From the NCBI GenBank assembly GCA_963732385.1, contig CAVSZB010000007.1:384001-448000 (forward strand): a stretch of DNA of 64,000 bases, read 5' to 3'. Positions 58,558 through 64,000 of the stretch are shown here, in pieces. The notes beneath the pieces are model-generated. The model was given only the letters and a program-made list of their open reading frames with translations, was not told the DNA's origin and searched no databases. Origin of the DNA: an uncultured bacterium (GTDB lineage: Bacteria > Krumholzibacteriota > Krumholzibacteriia > LZORAL124-64-63). A program made the translations under genes and the position numbers. The stretch's first letter is position 1. Each line of letters opens with the position of its first letter.

Positions 58558-59466
58558 TCAGACGAAGATTTCCATCTCGGTTTCGAGGGTCCGGCGGAGC
58601 CGTTCCACAACGTTCGCCAGGGTTGCCTCGTCCAGGCCCAGGATGGCGTTGGACGGCAGATCCACCAGAACCACGCCTTCGTCATGCACAAAGCCGATAC
58701 CCTGCTGATGGCACATCTCGTTCGCCAGGTCCAGGTAGAGCAGCAGAGGATTGTCGGCGGTGAAACTCTCCGGCCTATGGTGGTTGGCGATGATCAGTTC
58801 CAGCATCGGCGAAAGCTTCCACTTGTTGACCAGCAGAGCCCCTACCTCGGAGTGATCAAAACCGAGCAGCGCGAATTCCGTGGCCGCGAAGCGACCGTTC
58901 TCGTTGTAGACCGTCTGCACGATTTCGTCGAAACGGTCCGCGGCCTGCTGATTGAGAACCAGCTTGCCGATGTCGTGCATCAGACCGGCCAGGAACGCCT
59001 CCTCAGCCAGGTGGGGCGATTCGGTCTGGACGAGCAGGCGGCAGGCACAGGCGGCGCCGATGGAGTGTTCCCAAAGCAGACGCTCTTTCAGCCCCATGCG
59101 CCCGCCGTTGGCGGTGTAGATGTTGCGCGCCGCGCTGGTAACGACCAGGCTGCGGATGGAGTTGAATCCGAGCATGACGATCGCTTCGGTGAGCGTCTTG
59201 ATCTTGCGGCTGCACGCGTACATGGCCGAGTTCGCGATCTTGAGGATGCGCGCCGCCATGGCCTGGTCATCGCTGATCACCTGCTGCAGCCGCAATGCCG
59301 ACGTGTTGGGGTCGGCGGAAAGTTCGAGGACCTTGCTCGCCACGTGCGGCATGGCCGGCAGGTCGCGCGTGTTCATGATGAGATTCCGCAGATCCGCGTG
59401 CGTTTCCGACTCGGCTGTCGCCGGTAACGCCGCCGCTGGCGGGATTACATCTATGTGGTCCGTCAT
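58558..59466 (-). CDS. HDOD-domain protein
   Basis: LPAMP, DQAMAARILKIANSAMY, WEHS, AGLMHDIGK, GFDHSEVG, NHH.P. Confidence 0.92.
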   Translation of the reverse strand: MTDHIDVIPPAAALPATAESETHADLRNLIMNTRDLPAMPHVASKVLELSADPNTSALRLQQVISDDQAMAARILKIANSAMYACSRKIKTLTEAIVMLGFNSIRSLVVTSAARNIYTANGGRMGLKERLLWEHSIGAACACRLLVQTESPHLAEEAFLAGLMHDIGKLVLNQQAADRFDEIVQTVYNENGRFAATEFALLGFDHSEVGALLVNKWKLSPMLELIIANHHRPESFTADNPLLLYLDLANEMCHQQGIGFVHDEGVVLVDLPSNAILGLDEATLANVVERLRRTLETEMEIFV

Positions 59467-59495
59467 GCCGGCTCCTCAAGCGACGGGGCACGTCG

Positions 59496-59514
59496 GCCCA
59501 CGACTGTCGTGGGC
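59496..59514. repeat. Perfect intergenic palindrome (9-1-9)
   Basis: GCCCACGAC-T-GTCGTGGGC between the 168-aa gene and the HDOD gene. Confidence 0.7.
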
Positions 59515-59532
59515 GCGCAGGGACCGGTCGGG

Positions 59533-60039
59533 TCAAATGCCAGTCCGAAACAGATATTCGACGCCATCGGGGCTGGTCTTTAGTCCGGAATTGCCAGCCT
59601 CGGCGGTCGAGGACGGTTCCATCGCCAGAGCGACCTCTTCCAGCCGGTTCGCCGCGGTCCGCAAACGGGTCAGCAGGGGCGCCAGACGGACGATGCTTCC
59701 CCCCTGCCCCGGCTCCACCCCCTCTGTAGTTGCCGGGGGCGGGAATTCCGGTTCCCGCGGCACGCTTTCGCCCCCCGCCTGCGCCTGATAGGCCCGCAGC
59801 ACCGCCGCCGAGGGCGGGGCCACCGGGCCCGGCACGGCCCGGGACAGTGCCGCGACCGGAGAGCGGGCTGGCGCCAGCCCCGCCGCGGCCAATCGACGAC
59901 GCCGCGAGCGGACGAGTCGAGCTCCGATTAGCAGCAGCAACACGGTCAGGGCTGTGACCCCGACGGCCACGGCAACCGCGGAGACCCAGAACATGGGCCC
60001 CGAGCCTCCCTGCAGAGCGCCAAACAGATTCGCTTCCAC
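59533..60039 (-). CDS. Hypothetical single-pass membrane protein
   Basis: N-terminal TM helix (MFWVSAVAVAVGVTALTVLLLLIG) followed by a basic cluster, a Pro-rich linker and a short coiled coil; fills the gap between co-oriented genes. Confidence 0.65.
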   Translation of the reverse strand: MEANLFGALQGGSGPMFWVSAVAVAVGVTALTVLLLLIGARLVRSRRRRLAAAGLAPARSPVAALSRAVPGPVAPPSAAVLRAYQAQAGGESVPREPEFPPPATTEGVEPGQGGSIVRLAPLLTRLRTAANRLEEVALAMEPSSTAEAGNSGLKTSPDGVEYLFRTGI

Positions 60040-60042
60040 CGC

Positions 60043-60960
60043 TCATCCCCCTTCCGACGCCGCAGGCTGTCCCACGGCGAGGATCTGTGCCGTCGCCTCG
60101 ACCTCGGCAGCCGTCCGCGCCACCAACGGCGCGAGTCGGCTCCGCCGCAGCCACACCCCGCGCCGGGCGAGCGCCAGCCGGATGGCCGGGGCCAGGCGGT
60201 GACGCGGCCGCCGGGCGGTGAAGCCGAGTCCGGCGCGGTTGGCCAGCAGGTCGGCCACGTGGACCATCTGAACCAGTTCCTGTTCCGCCAGTGACGGTTC
60301 CCGCGCGAGGCCGGCGCCGTGATGGGCTGCGACCGCGGCCGTGATACGGTCCGGCAGTCGCCAGTGATGGCACGCCATCCCCCCCACCTCCGCGTGGTCG
60401 CATCCGTAAACGCGGCGTTCCTCGGCCTGGGCGTCGCGGCCGGCGTTCACGCCGGCAACGACCTCCCGCATGGCGGATGGATCGGCCAGATAGAGCACCA
60501 GCCGGCCTATGTCGTGCAGGAATCCCGCCACGTAGTGCTCACCGGGATAGACGCGCCAGAGCGGACGGCAGAAGCCGCGCGCCAGACTCCCGGCCATGAA
60601 AGCGTGCTTCCAGTAGTCCCGGGTGGAAAAGGCGCTCACACCGGGCGGCTCGATGGCCGCGATTACGTTGAGGCTGAGGGCCAGATCCCGCACCTGATCG
60701 AAGCCGAGCAGCATGATGGCGGCCTCGAGATCCGACACCGTGCGCGAGCAGCCATAGTAGGCGGAATTGGCCAGCTTCAGGATGCTGGTCAGCAGGCCGG
60801 GATCAAGCGAAACGACCTGCGACAGGTCGGCGGCGGATGCGTTCTGGTCGCTGGAGATCTCCACGAGCCGCGACACGACGCCCGGCAGCGCCGGCAGTCG
60901 GCCCACGGCCTGCACCAGCTCCAGGGCACCGGCTGGTCGAATCGATCGGGTGTTGGCCAC
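60043..60960 (-). CDS. HDOD-domain protein
   Basis: LPALP, DPGLLTSILKLANSAYY, WKHA, AGFLHDIGR, DHAEVG, W.LP, HH. Confidence 0.9.
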   Translation of the reverse strand: MANTRSIRPAGALELVQAVGRLPALPGVVSRLVEISSDQNASAADLSQVVSLDPGLLTSILKLANSAYYGCSRTVSDLEAAIMLLGFDQVRDLALSLNVIAAIEPPGVSAFSTRDYWKHAFMAGSLARGFCRPLWRVYPGEHYVAGFLHDIGRLVLYLADPSAMREVVAGVNAGRDAQAEERRVYGCDHAEVGGMACHHWRLPDRITAAVAAHHGAGLAREPSLAEQELVQMVHVADLLANRAGLGFTARRPRHRLAPAIRLALARRGVWLRRSRLAPLVARTAAEVEATAQILAVGQPAASEGG

Positions 60961-60975
60961 AGTTGCTCCCCGCCC

Positions 60976-61317
60976 TCAGGCGCGCGTGTCGATGAGTCTG
61001 CCGACGTCGTTCTCGCCGCCCTCCTGGCCGGTTTCAGGCGCGGTGTCGTCCGCCGCCGCCGTCACGATCTTTTCCGGCTCCCCCTCGTCCGCCTGGCGCT
61101 CCTGTTGCCGACGCTCCCGCCTGGCTTCAGCGTCGATCCGTTTGCGTTCGGCCTCTTCCGCCTTGCGCACCCGCTGGACCGTCGCGTCCTGATTGGCGTC
61201 GAGCCGCTCCGAGAAGGGGGTTGTGGGGTGGTGAGCCTGCTGCCCTTTCAACTGAGTCTGCGCCACGGAGCCCAGCTGGACGATGGTCGTCTGCAGCGAT
61301 ACCCCGTCTCCCGCCAC
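60976..61317 (-). CDS. Hypothetical protein (Gln/charged-rich, C-terminal GRLIDTRA)
   Basis: GGAGG RBS before GTG; fills the fliA-HDOD gap on the operon strand. Confidence 0.7.
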   Translation of the reverse strand: MAGDGVSLQTTIVQLGSVAQTQLKGQQAHHPTTPFSERLDANQDATVQRVRKAEEAERKRIDAEARRERRQQERQADEGEPEKIVTAAADDTAPETGQEGGENDVGRLIDTRA

Positions 61318-61344
61318 GACAGATCCTCCGGTAGTGCCGTCCCT

Positions 61345-62280
<936 letters not shown>

Positions 62281-62306
62281 GTGGTTGGCGATACCATGGC
62301 TCGTTC

Positions 62307-62322
62307 TGCACGAACCGTGCCA
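62307..62322 (-). promoter_or_regulatory. sigma54 (-24/-12) promoter upstream of fliA
   Basis: Minus strand TGGCACGGTTCGTGCA against consensus TGGCACG-N4-TTGCW: one mismatch, correct GG-N10-GC spacing, intergenic, 26 nt before the first ATG. Confidence 0.78.
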
Positions 62323-62357
62323 TCCTCAAGTACAGCAAGACCTTCCGGGCTGCGCCC

Positions 62358-62603
62358 TCAGGGAGCGGGGGCCGGTTGCTTGCCCTCGCCCGGCGACGGT
62401 CCGCCCGGAGGCGGCGCCGGGCGATTCTCTGCGATCACCCCTGCGCGGAACACCAGGGCCAGCAGGGCGAAGACTGTGAAAAAAGCCAGGTAGGCAATTC
62501 CGGCCCGTTTGAGGGCGGCCCACGGGCCGGTTTCGCGCCAGATGGATACGCCGAGCGTGATCAGGGCGGCGACCAGGGAAATCGTATTGACCAGTCGCTG
62601 CAT
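62358..62603 (-). CDS. Small two-TM hypothetical protein between flhF and fliA
   Basis: 81 aa, two hydrophobic helices and a Pro-rich tail; GAGG RBS; starts 6 nt after the flhF stop. Confidence 0.7.
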   Translation of the reverse strand: MQRLVNTISLVAALITLGVSIWRETGPWAALKRAGIAYLAFFTVFALLALVFRAGVIAENRPAPPPGGPSPGEGKQPAPAP

Positions 62604-62609
62604 TTTGCC

Positions 62610-63746
62610 TCACTCCCGGGCCGCGGCCGCGGCAAGGCCCTCGGCGCCGCCAAGCAGGCGCCGGACCAGTAAGTCGGAACGTGCCAGCTCCGGACCGGAG
62701 CCGGGCCACGGGGAGGCGGCGGTGAACGAAATCGGCCAGGGCAGCAGGGTACAGAGGTCGAGCAGCTTGCCGGGCAGCCGGGTACGATCGAGTCGGGTCA
62801 CGGCGGTCCAGTCGCAGTTCCAGTCCCGCGCGGCCCGCCAGAGGTCGGTCCGCTCGCGCAGATCGGCGTCGGCCGCCAACACCAGGTGGCGGTGAAATGA
62901 GGCGTTCCCGACCACGAACGCCTGCAGTTCGCCCACCGCCGGGAGCGGGGCGGCAAGCAGGGCCGGAGTGTCGACCAGCACCGCGCCGTAGGCCCCGAAC
63001 TGATCGGCATGGCGCGCGAACTGGTCGGGCCGATGCATGACAGCGGCGTCGTAGCCATGAGCGGCCGCCTCGAGCTGCAGACGCCGGATCTCGCCGCCAT
63101 GACGCGGCAGCAGGCTCAGGACCAGCGGGCGCTGTCCGGCCGCCGCCAGCCTGGCCGCCACGCCGAGCACCAGGTCGCTCCGGCCGCAGCCGGCTTCGCC
63201 CAAAAAGATGTGCACGCCGCCGAGCTGCGGCCACTCGCTGGCGCTCGAGCGCAGCAGCGATCCTAGGTGCTGCGATGCCGCGTCGCGGCCGTTCCGTTTC
63301 GCCTCCGGCAGGCGCGCGAAGGAGGCGGCCGTCCGCTCGACCGCATCGGCGGAGGCGCCGGCCCTCAGCAGGGTCCGGGCGAGCGGGTAATCTCCCCAGG
63401 CACCGGCCTGCGGACCGCCGTCGGCCAGCGTGGCGACCAGCCGCTCGACCCGTTCCACCTCGTGCGTCAGGGCGTCGGCGAGATCGCTCCCCGGCGCCGG
63501 CGCGCGACGGGCCGGACGCCGGCTCTGACCGCGGCCGACGGCGCCGGGCGGCGCCATCCGCACCTCGACCACGCGTCGCTGGCCGAGGCCGTCCTCCTGC
63601 CGCACCGTCACCGTCCTGCTGTCGATCACGCAGGCGTCGTCCCCATGGAGTTCACGCGCGCGCTGCAGCGCTTCGGTGAGCGTCGGCGCGGTCACTGTTG
63701 CCGGCCAGTCTTCAGGCGACGGCCTGCTGCTCGCTGCGGAGACCAC
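62610..63746 (-). CDS. flhF: FlhF-like SRP-family protein with degenerate GTPase motifs
   Basis: N-terminal APTLTEAL..ARE.HGDDA.VIDSR...VVEV (FlhF B-domain start), position after flhA, and G-motif remnants GEAGCGRS, LVDTP, TRLDRT. Confidence 0.75.
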   Translation of the reverse strand: MVSAASSRPSPEDWPATVTAPTLTEALQRARELHGDDACVIDSRTVTVRQEDGLGQRRVVEVRMAPPGAVGRGQSRRPARRAPAPGSDLADALTHEVERVERLVATLADGGPQAGAWGDYPLARTLLRAGASADAVERTAASFARLPEAKRNGRDAASQHLGSLLRSSASEWPQLGGVHIFLGEAGCGRSDLVLGVAARLAAAGQRPLVLSLLPRHGGEIRRLQLEAAAHGYDAAVMHRPDQFARHADQFGAYGAVLVDTPALLAAPLPAVGELQAFVVGNASFHRHLVLAADADLRERTDLWRAARDWNCDWTAVTRLDRTRLPGKLLDLCTLLPWPISFTAASPWPGSGPELARSDLLVRRLLGGAEGLAAAAARE

Positions 63747-64000
63747 GTGTCACCACCGTTCCGGCCGGTTGCACGAGCGAGGCGGAGGCCACCTCGGTGT
63801 AGCCCATCACGGCCAGGCTTGGGTAGGTCGGCTCAACGAGCCGTTTGATGAAGAATCGGATGGGTGTCGGCACCAGCAGCACTGGCGGCCGTCCCTGCGC
63901 GTAGGCGCCCTGTAGCGCCGCTTCGAGACGTTCCAGGAACTCCTGGGCGAAACGCGGATCGAGCAGCACGGCACCCGCCTTGTCGGAATCGCGGGCGGCG
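63712..64000 (-). CDS. flhA: Flagellar export protein FlhA, C-terminal end (partial)
   Basis: ...PVLLVPTPIRFFIKRLVEPTYPSLAVMGYTEV, typical of the FlhA C-terminus; directly upstream of the flhF-like gene. Confidence 0.85.
   Translation of the reverse strand, partial: AARDSDKAGAVLLDPRFAQEFLERLEAALQGAYAQGRPPVLLVPTPIRFFIKRLVEPTYPSLAVMGYTEVASASLVQPAGTVVTRGLRSEQQAVA

Overview
A 64 kb chromosomal segment from a very GC-rich Gram-negative bacterium. FCB-superphylum affinity (Krumholzibacteriota/Latescibacterota/Eisenbacteria-like) is inferred from the PorV-like protein, a T9SS-type C-terminal domain, a Big_5-type lipoprotein and the SecA insertions. I call 52 CDSs, 50 of them on the minus strand. 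Most are housekeeping: mutS, lapA/lapB, miaB/mtaB, rpsA, a cmk-plsC fusion, aroF, hisC, rluB, scpAB, trpS, xerD, uvrC, rpsT, dapBAF, argF, hslUV, xerC, trmFO, topA, secA, guaA, purH, purC and comEC. The rest are envelope enzymes (Slt-like and MltD-like lytic transglycosylases, an M6 metalloprotease), two c-di-GMP-type proteins, and the distal end of a flagellar cluster. I found no tRNA, rRNA, CRISPR array, IS or prophage. The best candidate for an undescribed system is the flagellar tail at about 55.6-64 kb. It runs flhA, an FlhF with degenerate GTPase motifs, a 2-TM protein where flhG normally sits, a sigma54 promoter, a FliA with an extra hydrophobic C-terminal tail, two unknown small proteins, three stand-alone HDOD proteins, a CheY-like regulator and a sigma54 activator. 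Other oddities are a six-cysteine insertion in SecA NBD2, an AT-rich palindromic island inside the slt CDS, dense D-(S/T)-x sequons in exported proteins, and a sigma28-type promoter before a GAF/GGDEF-like gene. All calls come from reading motifs by eye; no searches were run.
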